Shown here piece after piece: positions 25,501 through 38,200 of a stretch of DNA of 64,000 nt (positions are counted from its first letter, which is position 1; every line of letters begins with the position of its first letter). The notes beneath the pieces are model-generated. The model was not told the DNA's origin and did no database searches. It was given only the letters and a program-made list of their open reading frames with translations. The position numbers and the translations under genes are program-made. Source of the DNA: Pelomyxa schiedti (taxonomy: Eukaryota > Protista > Evosea); the NCBI GenBank assembly GCA_020536535.1, contig JAHLWZ010000004.1, positions 372,001 to 436,000 of the forward strand, given 5' to 3'.

Positions 25501-26317
25501 GTGCTTCATCCCTGCGTTTGTTCGCCTCTTTCGCCTCATCGGCAGCCGATAAAGGCTTGGCGACCCCCGAAGCTGAAGACTTGCTTGCTGCTGATGAATT
25601 GGCATAATCCGCTGAATTTGAACTTATGGGATCAGAGAGCCCAGTGGAAACGAGTTCACCAGAGTTCGACGCAGCACCACTGACACACAGACCGTCAGAA
25701 GCAGCGGAAGTCGTCCGACGATCGCCGTCGGAACCAAGCGAGTACCGCACAGCGTCGCCGTCGCCAGTGGGCACGGGCGACAGCGGGCCCGCGATGACGT
25801 CATCGTCTACGACGACCACGCAATTGCCGTCGGTCCCACCGGTGGCCACACTCTCGCCCTGCTTCCACTCAAAGTCATCCTCAGGAAACAGCAGCGACGT
25901 CAGCGAGGACGCCGACGACGACGCCGCCGTGTCGTCGCAATTCACAATGTTCACCGCGTCGTCTCCGTGCCCGCCGCCGCCGTTCTTAAGATGCTTTCCA
26001 GAATGCGAATGGTGGTGCTTCTTGCTCTCCTTCTTCAGCTTCTTCTTGTTCTTGTCAGGGGAGGGCTCTTCGGTCTTGGCAGTGGTGGTCGTGCTTGTTG
26101 TTGCGGTTGTGGTCGCGGGGGGCACGGGGGCGGAGGGGGGGTCCACCACGAAGCCCAGCAGGGAGGACGGGGAGTCCCAGCCGAAGAGGACGCTGCCGTC
26201 GAGGCCCGAGTCGTCCGCGCCCCCGTATGTGTGCCCCACCACGGCGTCGTCGCTGCCGCCGCGCAGCGGGGACGATGTGTCTCCGCCGGTGAGATCGCAC
26301 ACACCATCGTCCGTCAT
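22502..26317 (-). CDS. RECQL: RecQ1-like ATP-dependent DNA helicase, multi-exon
   Basis: [83 protein letters not shown], and RQC zinc motif CRR...CHSLCDVC. Confidence 0.95.
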
Positions 26318-26874
26318 TCTAACTAAATGAAATCTGTACGGCGCAAAGGGAAAGTACAGCGACCACACAAGCACCAACACAAATACCCACCACAAAACAA
26401 AAACCCAGAAGAAGGGAGAGGAGGTCACAGGGGCACCCATAATGATGTTTCAGGTAGGATTCCTCTCTGCTTAAGGAAGGAAAAATGACCCACCACTGGG
26501 TGATGCTATGAAGGTGTGTTACATCGAATCGTACCAAAAAAAAACCCCAAAAACAACAAAAAAAGTAAAAAACCCAAAACCAAAAAACCGAAAATAAACA
26601 AATGTACTAAAAGAAAAACTTTCAAAAAAAATCCTTCGAATCCTTTGCCTTCCCTGTAACTCTGGGCCCCTCTTCCTCTTGGAAGACTGTTTCTAAGACC
26701 GAAGAAGGGAAAAGTTGTGTACAGAAAGGGCGAGTTTCCGTCCGCCCACCCACAAAAAAAGTGTCGTTATTTCGACCGTTGGATCGGGCAATACGCGCCT
26801 CCCAATCATCACCCATCTTTTTGTTTTTCTGGTAACTATACTGGCAATCAAGCTGGCGAGGTGGCGGTTGGGAG

Positions 26875-29800
26875 ATGATCAGGATAGAGTTGACGAAGCC
26901 CAAGTTCTTTGTTGGGGAACAAATTGTGGGAACTGCTGCCATTGAATTCACCCAGGACACCACTGTATAGTGCAGTGTTTTTCTCCCCTTTTGTGCCTCA
27001 CAACAACTCCAAGGTGAAGCATATTAGTGTTACGTTTTTTGGAATTGTCAAGACAAACTCCAATTCCACAAATGAGAATGGTCACTCCTTTTCTATTCTT
27101 TTTTATAGCCATGCTTGGTGTTTAAATTACCTTACCAGACGTTGACAGTTTTTTCTCTGAGAGGTCAAAAACTTTGGTCAATGTACCTCTGACATGTTGG
27201 ACACCACCCAATGGTTTAAAAGAGGTTTGCACCAAAAGGATTGGTTTGGAACCAACACCTGGATAGGATGTCTTGCATGGCCAACATGTATACAACTTCA
27301 ATTTTGCAACTGCAGAGCAGAATTTCCCACCGTCATTTTCTGGAAAACATGGATACATAAGATACTCAATCATTGTGACAGTGGAGCGTAATTGGAGACC
27401 TAACATCACTGTATTTTTCAAGCTCCTTTTTATACTGCACTTTTATTTGGAAACTAACTTTGTAAATTCTCTCTACTGCCCAGACTTCACGAGTTTTCAC
27501 ACTCTTTCCCCTTGTAGATGTTAGGTTCAGAGAACCTGAACCGATTACAGCCTCTTTTAATCATCAAGTTGGTGTACTGTCTTCTGGGTGCATTTCCATT
27601 ACTTGGACTGTCTCTAGGGGGTGCTTTTGCCCACAGGAAACTATTCCTTTAAGTTTGAGGATTGCCAACAACTCTACGTACCCTCTCTTCCCCTCTAATT
27701 TATCTAACCATTGTAGCAAAGAAATAACGAAACTGGAAGTTTCCTTACTACAAAAAACTCATTACTGGTGTAAGTACGAAGAAACAAAAGAAAAATTTGT
27801 GGATCTTTGTTCTAGAAAAATTGACTATCCTGTACCAGAAAATGCCACCCGTGACTACACGGTGAGATTCTAAATCCTGCTTGATTCCTCAATGATATTA
27901 GATTGGTTTAGAGGTGCCCGTGTGCCCCCCAGTCGTTGGTGTAAGTGGAGTACTGATCACCATCTTGTATTTTATCAGAGTATCTGTAGCACTAAAATGG
28001 TCAAATGACTTCTATTTTGACCATGAAATTGACATTGGGACAACAAGTAATCTCAGAGATTGCATACTGTGTATTGAACTTTTCAGATGGCACACAAGAA
28101 CTTGAAGCACCGTCCCCTGTTCCAGCATTCAGTAGCCTGATAGTACCTCCACTTTCCGCCAAGCAACCCACGCTTACCTCTGAAATCCCGCCACCAGTCT
28201 ACACACAGTCTTCCGAAATACAGAATCCACCGTCTCCCGTTCCAGCAGTAGCACATGTCCTTCCAGAATCACTGAGTTCTGCGGCAATCACTACCTCTTC
28301 ATTTGGGATTACTCCCCCATTACCTCTTCAATCAAATGCATTAGACATAACCCCTCCAGATTATTCCCAATTACAGCAGTATTTTACTATATATCCTGAG
28401 TATGTGTCAAGTACCTCAACATATTATCCAGAGTTAAATGCACCTTCTTGCAGAATCACGGACGAACTTCATATACAATTAACAAAAAGTACCTACTTTC
28501 TTGGAGACCCAATAATAGGCCGTGTATTCCTTAATTTTCCAAAAACTATTATTGTATGACCTAACATTAATGCCGATCACCTCTAACAAAAAACAGTCAA
28601 CTGGTTTGCATATTAACTTCAAAGGAGAGGCATGTGCCTATAGTTTATCGGCTATCGGAAGTGCCTTGACAGGGGATACCAAACGAGACCCATTTTCAGG
28701 AAAAACAAAATGCCTGTGCAATATGACGGTGAACTGTTGGTCTCCACCCAGCGGGTCCAAAGAAGTAAAACCCAAACCTAAATCACACTGATGTACATTA
28801 CTCAATTTAACAGGCACCTCTGCCTGGAAATGACCAAGTATTCTACTTTAAGTTTGAGACGTCGGGGCTAGATTTACCTGCATCATTTGAGGGGGAGTTG
28901 TGCTCCGTAACATACACAATCAATGCAGTTGTGAAACGAAATTGGACAACTGATATCAAAGTAATCTTAACTGCTTCAGTAAGCAGTTGAGTTGCTCAAA
29001 ACACACAGGCAAACGAAGGTTTTAAACTACTTCCTATTATGAACGTGAGAGGTTCCATTCCCCTCACCTTGACCAGTGCCAAAAAATTGGGTGTAATCTC
29101 CACTGGGATTTTTAGTCTTGAATGGAGTTCACCAAGAAGTAAATTTTGTCCAGGAGAAATAATTCATCTTCACATAAAGGGGGACAACAGGACGAGGTAT
29201 GTACCCAGAGACTTGTAAAGTTTCTTTTCCTTAACAACAATGAAGTAAAACTGCCACGAGTCTAACAGTCAAATTTACTCAGCATGTAATGGGTCACTCA
29301 CTAGGGGCTGCTTGTGCGCGCCGGAATGACCTAGGCATACGTCGCATTAAAGATAGTATCCCAGAAATGTCTGAGAAGGAGTTTCATGTGTGATAACTAC
29401 AACAAGCCACTTGCAATAAAAGAAATCTGTCTCAGCTCTACTAGGTGGATATTCCAATTCATGACACCTGCCCTCCGACAATATTCTGTGAACAAATTGT
29501 GGAGGTGACTTATTGGATCACCGTTTTGGTGCATTTCAAGTGGGATGATGATATAGTTTCCACCCAATCTATCACAATCGGAACAAGTGTGCACTTGCTC
29601 TAAATTCAACACGTTCTAAAGAAAAATAACCAAACCAATTTCTAGTTGGAGGCGGTTCTGAAGAGGTTCCCCCCTCGAAGCAAAGCAACAAAGAAACAAC
29701 ACTCCCACTGCCTCCGGATTCATACCCTCCCCCACCATTGCCCTTGCAACATATTCCACTTGAACCCTCAGCACCCCCCTTACCTCCTCCTGAATACCCC

Positions 29801-29995
29801 TTTGACTACCCCCCAAATCCTTACTTGTTCACCCCAATTCCACAGCACACATTTCCTCAGACCAATACAACGACATCCAGTTCATCTGGTACCAACACAG
29901 ACATTGGGCCCGAATCCATTACTACAACCACCACATCCAATACCACAACTTCCGCCTCTGTCCATGTCAAGGGCGTAGAATTCACTCTATTGTAA
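26875..29995 (+). CDS. Alpha-arrestin with two tandem arrestin N+C modules and PPxY motifs, multi-exon
   Basis: Module 1: IRIELTKPKFFVGEQIVG...GQHVYNFNF...FPPSFSGKHGYIRYSI...FCPQETIPL...ITILYFIRV. Module 2: LHIQLTKSTYFLGDPIIGRV...LPASFEGELCSVTYTI...FCPGEIIHL...VEVTYWITV. PPVY, PPDY and PPEY motifs present. Confidence 0.8.
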
Positions 29996-30096
29996 CACCA
30001 TTTGCATTATGTTTTGCCAAAGTAAAACGAAGGAAAAATCGTTGTTGAAATTTCTTTCTTTTTGTTTGTTTGTTCTTAACTCAAATGGCGGGGCTT

Positions 30097-31910
30097 TCAG
30101 TGCATGGCAGCGAGGACTTCGGCAGCGGCATTGAGGAACATTGCGGCGTGCTTGGGTGTGAATACGAGGGTTGGGCGCATACGGACGCTCTGTTCACCGC
30201 AGCCACCACAGTTGATGCCTGAGAATTGTCAGGTTGTAAAGGGGTTGAGTGATTAAGTACCCTTAAGCTTCATTGCGGCAACAAAGGCATTGCGGTGCTC
30301 GACGGTGTCGAGATCAAATGCGCAGATGGTGCCTTGGCCCCTGGCTGCTGACATAATAGGGAACAACTTCTGGAGGAGTTTCAGACCGTTGAGCAGGTAT
30401 TCACCGGTGATCTTAATATTCTGAAGGACCTCTGGGGGCTGAGCCATTTCTACGAGTCGACCCAAGACAACAGTCCTGTTCACTGTGAATCAAGGGAAAT
30501 ACACATAAGGCAAAAAAATTACCTGATTGGGTCACCCATCCATGTGTTGAAGTTGCGGTAGGCGTGGGATGGAAGAAGAGCCTTGCTGTAGAAGAAACCT
30601 GCAGCTTGGCACTTCTTAGAGAAGGTAACCATGTCTGGTGGGCAATCCAAGTTCCATGCCAAGTGAGCCCAGATGTGACCAGATGTGTAGAACCCAGTCT
30701 GAACTTCATCAACAATAAAGAGTACATCGTATTTCCTAACCAGAGTGAGGAATTCTGAAACAAGGGGAATGTCTGAATAAGAACACACTTGGTAAGGGTT
30801 CGAATTCCCTGGAAGAAAGCGGGGGAAGCATGTCGGTCACCACCCTCACCCTGGATGGGTTCGATAATCACTGCTGCGATTTTGTGATTGGATGCCAAAG
30901 TTTCCTCCAAAACATGAAGGCAGCGGGCCTCCTCAGCAGCGTTTTCAGCAGCATGGCTCTCAAGTGGGTACTTCAGCTGTGAATAATTATTAGCTTTGGT
31001 CGTTGACAGGAAGGTGGGCATGCCTTGGGGAAAGGAGAAGTGGGCCAGGCGAAAGCGGGGATATCGAGTTTGTGGATAGCCTTGGATCGTGTTGTACTCA
31101 GGCAACCAAATGTGCGTCCGTGGAAGGCACCCTCGAATGAAAGGATGGAGAAGTCAGGTGAGCCAGGGGGAACGTTTTTCATGCATGAAGCCATATCCTC
31201 AGGGGAGAATGGATTTTCGGTTGGGTTGGTGATGTTTCCTCCACAGCGGATCTTCTGAGCCTTGTACATGCAGGCAGTCTTGAATGCGAATTCGTTGGCA
31301 TCAGACCCAGAGAGGGAGGTAAAAACACAGCAAAGTGATGGGTGAGGGAAAATCTGAAAGATATAAGATGTTTCGAAGAGAAGAAAGAAAGAAAATACAT
31401 GAGAGAAGGCGCTCTGAAGCATATCTGGCCACTGAACTGTTGGCATTACACCAATAGCTGGGCGCTGCAACAAGTGCTTGCGGAAGCCGGGAGAGTCCAG
31501 GAAGGTTGCCAACTCAGGGTTGTTGTAACCTGAAAACGTGATTCAGTGACGGAACTGCAACACATTTGGGTTTCTTACCGAAGGGGAGGGATGAAATGTG
31601 GCAATAAACATCCAACAGTTGGTTGCCGTCGGCATCGACGATCTAGATAATATCGTAAATTATCACCCCGAGCGACCCCACGTTTTATTTAAAAAAAAAA
31701 AAAAAAACCGCATACGTAGTTGCCAATGGACCTATCAGCATCCTGGAAAACGATAACGTGCCTAGCATCCTGGTACTGAGCCATTCTCTCAGTAAGAGCC
31801 TTGGACTTGGGGCCGGGGATGGCGGTAGCAACGTGTGGTGCTGTTGGCTCCATGGCCAACACAGCGGGGTTGTATGGTGTAGCCGGCAAGGTAGCGGTGT
31901 AGGCCTGCAT
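30097..31910 (-). CDS. ABAT: 4-aminobutyrate aminotransferase (eukaryote-type GABA-T), multi-exon
   Basis: SIGNYIVDADGNQLLDVY, SGSDANEFAFK, FEGAFHGRTFGCLSTTRSKAIHKLDIPAF, IIEPIQGEGGD, IVDEVQTG, TFSKK (PLP lysine), NFNTWMGDP. Confidence 0.95.
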
Positions 31911-32236
31911 CTTTGTTGACTCTTAGATCCTGGGTTTTTTTAAAAAAATGAACAACAACCAAAAAGCGCGCTTAAATATCGCCGCGAGGTAATTCAACGA
32001 AAATCATGTCTTCTCGAAGGACACCCATCACCTGGAGACAACACTCAGGGGTCACATTGGTTCCGGAAATCTCCCAGGGATTCGCCTCCGGACTGCTCCC
32101 GATGTGCTCTGCGAATAACATCAAGATCTGGGAGTCTGCACCTCCTAGGAACCCGACGATCGCAATCTGTCATTTGATCAAAGAAAAGTAAGTTGGGCTC
32201 TCTGTCCTGTCGGGTGTTGGGTGTCAGTCGTCGACG

Positions 32237-33967
32237 ATGAGCAAGCAACGTAGCGACCACGACAGCGGAGATCCAGCCAACAGGGGGGTAATGGACACCA
32301 TTGGGGTGGCGTCGCCGTCATCGTCGGCTGCAAACGACGAGATCTCGATACTCATGCCTCCGGAGGAATCTACGCCCCTTAGCACGACATCGCCATCACC
32401 GTCGCCGTCAGTTTCCGGTGACCCTGAGTGCAGTTTTTGGGGAGCCGTCGCTTTGAGTCACAAGCATAGAAAGATGCTAATCAAACTGGAGAGAGGTTTG
32501 TTTAGTGCTTAGATTCTCTTTTTTTCTTCGTTACTGGCGATGTTACGCTAACGTAAAACTCTCCCAACTGCAGACTGGTTTGTTACGAGCTACATAAGCG
32601 ATTACATTTTAACGGCAGTAATCTTTATCATTGGCGGGTATGACTTTTTCTAGATTTTTTTTTTTTGTTTGTTTGTTTGTTTGTTTGTTTGTTTGTTTGT
32701 TTGTTTGTTTGTTTGTTTGTTTGTTTGTTTGTTTGTTTGTTTGTTTGTTTGTTTGTTTGTTTGTTTGTTTGTTTGTTTGTTTGNNNNNNNNNNNNNNNNN
32801 NNNNNNNNNNNNNNNNNNNNNNNNNNNNNNNNNNNNNNNNNNNNNNNNNNNNNNNNNNNNNNNNNNNNNNNNNNNNNNNNNNNGTTTGTTTGTTTGTTTG
32901 TTTGTTTGTTTGTTTGTTTGTTTGTTTGTTTGTTTGTTTGTTTGTTTGTTTGTTTGTTTGTTTGTTTGTTTGTTTGTTTGTTTGTTTGTTTGTTTGTTTG
33001 TTTGTTTGTTTGTTTGTTTGTTTGTTTGTTTGTTTGTTTGGGTAAACCATTCACATAGAATTATTGAGAAAGCTGTATCTCCTTACAACATGGAGATTCC
33101 TGGTGGGGCCGACAACTACAATTTGCAGTACACCTATATGAAGGAAAGTGTCCCCACATGGCTGCTTTGCATTCTTGCTTTTGTGTACGCAAAAAATACT
33201 TCCAGTGTGGAATCTTATGCCTTGGTAGCGTCCCGACATTGGCTGTGATATGTATTAATTTAGCTCTGTACGCCCTCCGCTGCCGAAGGTCCGGATATAC
33301 TGCGTTCGCACATGACACTCACAACTTCATCCTTGGAATTGTGGAGTTTTTTGCTCTGGCTATTTTATTTGCATCAATAGGGAAGGTTCGAGGTCTCCTC
33401 TTGTTCCTCATTGTAATCACTTGCACAGGTTGTAGCTGGCAGATACAGGTAACTCCTCGAAACGCATCCTCCTCCAACATCTTTCAGCTTTATTTATATC
33501 CCTAAGACCCAATTACTTTAACATGCCCGATGATGTGCGTGAATCACAAGGCAGGAAGAGCTTCCCTAGTGGTCACTCCACAATCGCATTTGGAGGATTC
33601 ACCTTCTTGAGCCTCTATCTTGCAGGCAAACTGAAGTATGAAACCCATAGGTAGCACTCTCTTAAGTTGCAAACAGAGCTTTTGTAGACACGTCGGGTCA
33701 ACTCTGGAAACTCATCTTGGTTCTTCTACCTGAGATTCCAGCCCTCTTAATAGCTCTGAGGTAAAGCAATAAGCATTTGTAATCTCATAGTTACGCAGCC
33801 GGACCCGTGATTACTACCATGACTTCTCAGACATTGTTGCCGGTGCCGGTCTAGGGATCGCTATAGCCTTTGTCTGCTACAACTCACTCTACTACCCTCT
33901 CAACCACCCCAATTGCAATGAACCAAAGAGGAGGACCCCTATAGTATCTCTCCCTCTACGGAGATAG
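32237..33967 (+). CDS. PAP2-family lipid phosphate phosphatase (LPP/DPP1-like), multi-exon
   Basis: Catalytic motifs K..AGRYRPNY, SFPSGHS and [12 protein letters not shown], with hydrophobic TM segments. Stop TAG at 33965-33967. Confidence 0.9.
32664..33040. repeat. (TTTG)n microsatellite in an intron, containing a 100-N assembly gap (32784-32883)
   Basis: Directly visible. It explains the spurious FVCL/QTNK ORFs. Confidence 0.98.
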
Positions 33968-34075
33968 TGCACACTATGGCCTTATTCTACTTTACAACAA
34001 TAAAGAAGAACAGAATCCCAAATATGGAAAATTTCCCTTTTTTTTTTTTAATCCGAGGATAGGTCATTCATTTCC

Positions 34076-35109
34076 TTAAGACTTCTTTTTCCCTTTGCCT
34101 CTTCCTGCTCCTTTTCCTGTCGAGGCTTTCGCTCCCGGTTTTGCACTTGGATTGGGTGCTGTGGTCTCTGCCGACGGTGGTACCGACGCCGATTGCTGTT
34201 GTTGCTGGTGCTGCTGATGTTGTAAATGCTTCTGGCGCAGTTTTTCAGCGGCGGCCTGGCTGCTGTGCTGTGCCGCGGGGTGGTGTGCCTGGGCTGGAGC
34301 AGCGGCGGGCTCGGCTGGGGTTACTTTGGCCACTGGGAGCTCGGTTTGCTTGGGGAAAGGGCACCGCATGGCAAAGGCATCTTCTTGATCGGCATAATAA
34401 TGCTCCTCAACATCATGAACCCTTTTGAGGGAAAAAAAAAGTTAAACGAAGGGTAACATTTAACGAAAACTGGTACGCACTTGTAGCCTAGAGTGTCCTT
34501 GTATAAAGCCAAAGCAGCACGGTTGCCTCTCCTAACATGAAGGGACACATAGTGCGCTCCAAAAGAGTCTATCATGCATTGATCTGGAAAAGCCATTGGT
34601 AAGGTGGTTTTGTGGGTAAGTCAAGATACGGGATTGTCTTAGCAATTTGGTTGCTATTCCGAGCTTTCTGTATGACCTCAAAACTGATATGGACGTAATG
34701 TGCCCGTGTGGTTCTTCAGCTTCCTCCTCCCTAAAAACGAAATAGGTTAAACAAAACAAGTTTTAGGGCATATTGTTAAGAGGGTTTTAACTTATTAAGT
34801 GGTTATTGTCGTTTTGCTTGTTTTGTATGGTTTTAAAGCGGAACGGATCAATACATTTTTGCAAGTACGTAACCCACGATGCGACCGTGGTCGTTTACGG
34901 CCACGAACGACAATTGCGGCCAAGACATAAGATGGTAGTAGTAATACTTCATCTGGTAGTTCTCGGGCAAACACGTCAAGTTGCAGTTCTGCATCCCGGG
35001 CAGATCGTCCACCTACGAGGTATGAGATTTATGAGCGATTCATTGCGACTGTTGTTGTTGTCGCAGATTATGATTCCCGGCGCACCGTGGCTCGTCTAAT
35101 CGACACCAT
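34076..35109 (-). CDS. NAA10: N-alpha-acetyltransferase 10 (NatA catalytic subunit)
   Basis: MVSIRRAT|[68 protein letters not shown]. Confidence 0.95.
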
Positions 35110-35251
35110 TTCCCGTTGATTTCGTCGGATATTTTTTTTTTTTGTTTAATTTTTCCCTTTTTTTTTTTCAAATCTGCTGAGCACTTGCTCTCTTGCCAAG
35201 GGCTTTGTTTGTAACCTCAAAGGAGCGAAACTATGTTGGTGTCCATCATGA

Positions 35252-38200
35252 TCACGACAGTAGGAAGCACCCGGGGAGATACGAGAGGCCTGTAGGGGGA
35301 AGCTTCTCTGTGGGAGCACCCGAGACGGAGGCCAGCCACCACAGAGTGTGCTGAAGAACCGGGTGCAGAATCCCGGCAGAGTTCAGCCTGCCCACGCACT
35401 CCTGTACAACCACAAGTAGCGGCGCGGAGTCCTCCGGGCCCGCGCACTTGAGCAGCACCGGCGCCGTGAGCACGCTGTAGACTGCGCCGAACACCTCCTG
35501 CTCGAACGTGAGCCACTGCGGCCATATGCTGGTGGTGATTGTAGTCTGCAGCCACGCGGTCATGGTTGTGAGCCGCTCTATGACCTTGGCTAGGTGCGGA
35601 GTGACGAGGGTCTTGAGCTCTTGCTTGATTGCGTTGTGCTGCTGCTGCTGTTGTTGCTGCTCTGGTGTAAATTGGGTGATGGTGAGAAGAGACTGCAGAG
35701 AAAGCTGAACGAGTAGAGCTTCCTCGGAGAAGAAGTTGTCTGGTTCTACCTCGAACAGCCGTTGTGCGTTGTTGTATGGGCTGTCGAACAGCGGTGTGTT
35801 TGATGCTGAGAGGCAGATGTTGTTCACAAGGTACGCCAGCCACTGGTGCTGCGCACTTGATGGATTTTCTGGTGAAGTGGGCGGTACGTTCAGGCACCAG
35901 TTTGTTAACGCACTGAAAAGTTTTTCAGTGGCAACTGGGGGACAAAGAGGAGTGTGCCCAAGGGAACTGGCTATAATTCTGGCCATGTGGGATCTTACTT
36001 CATAGTCATCATCTTGGAGAAGTGTTATGGCTACTTGTGCCAGTGACATTATGGTGCAAGGATCTGTTTCCAATATGAATCACTCAAAAGCAAAAGAAAT
36101 GTCATACCACTATGGTCGAAATGGCATAAAGCACTGGGTACAAAAATAGTTTCAAGTGCAGAAACTATACTACTTCTACGCGGGATGGGGCAAGCGGGTT
36201 GCGAGTCAGATTGAACCAGCTCCAAAAAGAAGGTGAGATTTTCATTTTCAGACACGCCTACACAAAAGGTAAGTACTTTTGAATAATAAATACAAAACCT
36301 ACTGTGATGACATCCTAGAAAGCCTTTTACAACGTGTCCCATCAATACGACAATAGACGGCCTTAAAGCCTGCTCCTTTAAAGCCAAAGCCTTCAAGAAA
36401 GAAAACAGATCATTTCTATTCACCACATCTGTCTTGACGATACTTCCGAGAGCATACATTACTCTTTTCAAGCATTTCAAATGTGGCTCCTTTCAATGGT
36501 GAGAAGACGCAGCAAATAAAAATCTTACATGGAAAACCATCGAATACAACAGTCGAGCAACTTCCAGGTCCTTGGGTGTACTCAAGCTGGGCCAGTAATG
36601 ATGCTTACAAATGAAATTCAGACACACAGCTCGGACATCGTAGCTTGTGTGTTGTAGGAAATACAATAGCATATCAACAAGAGTTTTTCCAGATGTAGAA
36701 ATGTCTATTAAGAAATATAAATTGCTTGCAAGGTAAACTGTGGAAGAAAACCTGGCCAGTCAGAAGTGATGTGCAGTGAGAAAGTGGTGGCAGCCTTTTG
36801 ATGTGAACAAAGCATCACAGACGAACCAACATATTTTGAATTTGGCTGAATTGTGGCGGCAGAGTATGCTATTTCTGCTGCAAAGACCAGGAAATCATGT
36901 AGTCCACCATTCAAGGGAGAGATTTTTTTAAGGTGACAGCAAATCATGTCAGTCAACCTCAGCATTGCTGTGCTGATAGGGAAACAATAATGTGAGTCGG
37001 AGTTTCCTCCACATCTGGCAAGCCACATTTTTGGTGTCAGTAAACCGAGAACTTGGCTCAAAAATTCCTAATTTAAAGATTAAATCTATAGTAGTATAAC
37101 AGGCGCCACTCACTTGGTTGGAAGCCTGGTCAAGGGAATGTTGCAGTAATGCATGTATTTGAAGAATTACTCCGTGAGTGCAGTTATGAGAGTGGCCAGA
37201 TGCTATCTCATCGGGCAGACACTGTATCAGTTGGGTCAGCATGGAGGGTAGTGACACAGGGTTCACGAGTGGAACAATGGCGGCACTTGCAACTTCTCTC
37301 ACTCTGGAAGGAAAGAAACTCAGGTTGAATAAAAAAAAGGATGAACTCCTTACTTCATGTAAGGGTGTGCTGAACACTTCAAAACCATCTGAATGAATGG
37401 CAGTGGATCTTTGGTTGTTACTGTGGTGTCATAGGGCTGCAACTTGGATAGAAGAAGTAAGAGAGAGAACATGCTGGGCTGCAGAAGTTCTGAAGAAACA
37501 CCATCCGACAACTTATGGATAAAACCAAGGAAATAGTCATATCTGACAAAACATTAGTGAGTTGGTTGGACGAGGAAAGTAAAGTACAGCAATGGATAAA
37601 GCGAGAAAATTTCATTGAAGGACACAACTCCAACGCCTCGGTTCAAGGCAGACTCAAACAGCATTGTGACTGAGTTACGAATGGCCCAGTTGGGTGACGC
37701 AAAGCATTCAAAAATGATTATAAAGATCCTGTCCAAGAATGAACTGACATCTGTGCATTTCCTTTAAAAAAAGAAAGTGGACCCTTGTTGCACACAATCA
37801 GAAACGGATTTTACACGCAGTAAGAATGTAAGCATGTTGATAGCGTGAACTTGAGCAGTCTGAACGCTTTCAGAGGTTTCACTGGGATTTGCTAGCTGCA
37901 ACACTTCCGGAAAGTAACATAACTGGAGTCAAGTTTTTGTTTGTATGGAGAAAAGGTGTACATTGTTCAATAGTCATATTCAATAGGTAATTAACAGCAC
38001 CCTTTTCTGCTGCCTCAGCTTGAAGTACTCCTGCAATACAGAACGGCATCCCAGCACTACGCCTGGTTATGTGTTGCGTCTGCGGTGAACCCAGAGATGT
38101 GAGTACGTTCCTAATCCAACTTTCTGGAAGTAGACGTAGTTCTGGTGAGGTGCTGTGAAGTAACTTATCACACAAGATTTTGTATCCTTCAGCCGTTTTT

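Noticed and set aside
25626-26330. Several overlapping GC-rich ORFs
   Set aside because: Shadow frames of the RecQ 5' exon; the region is GC-rich and stop-poor.
32628-33058. ORFs of FVCL/QTNK repeats
   Set aside because: Translations of the intronic (TTTG)n microsatellite spanning an N gap.
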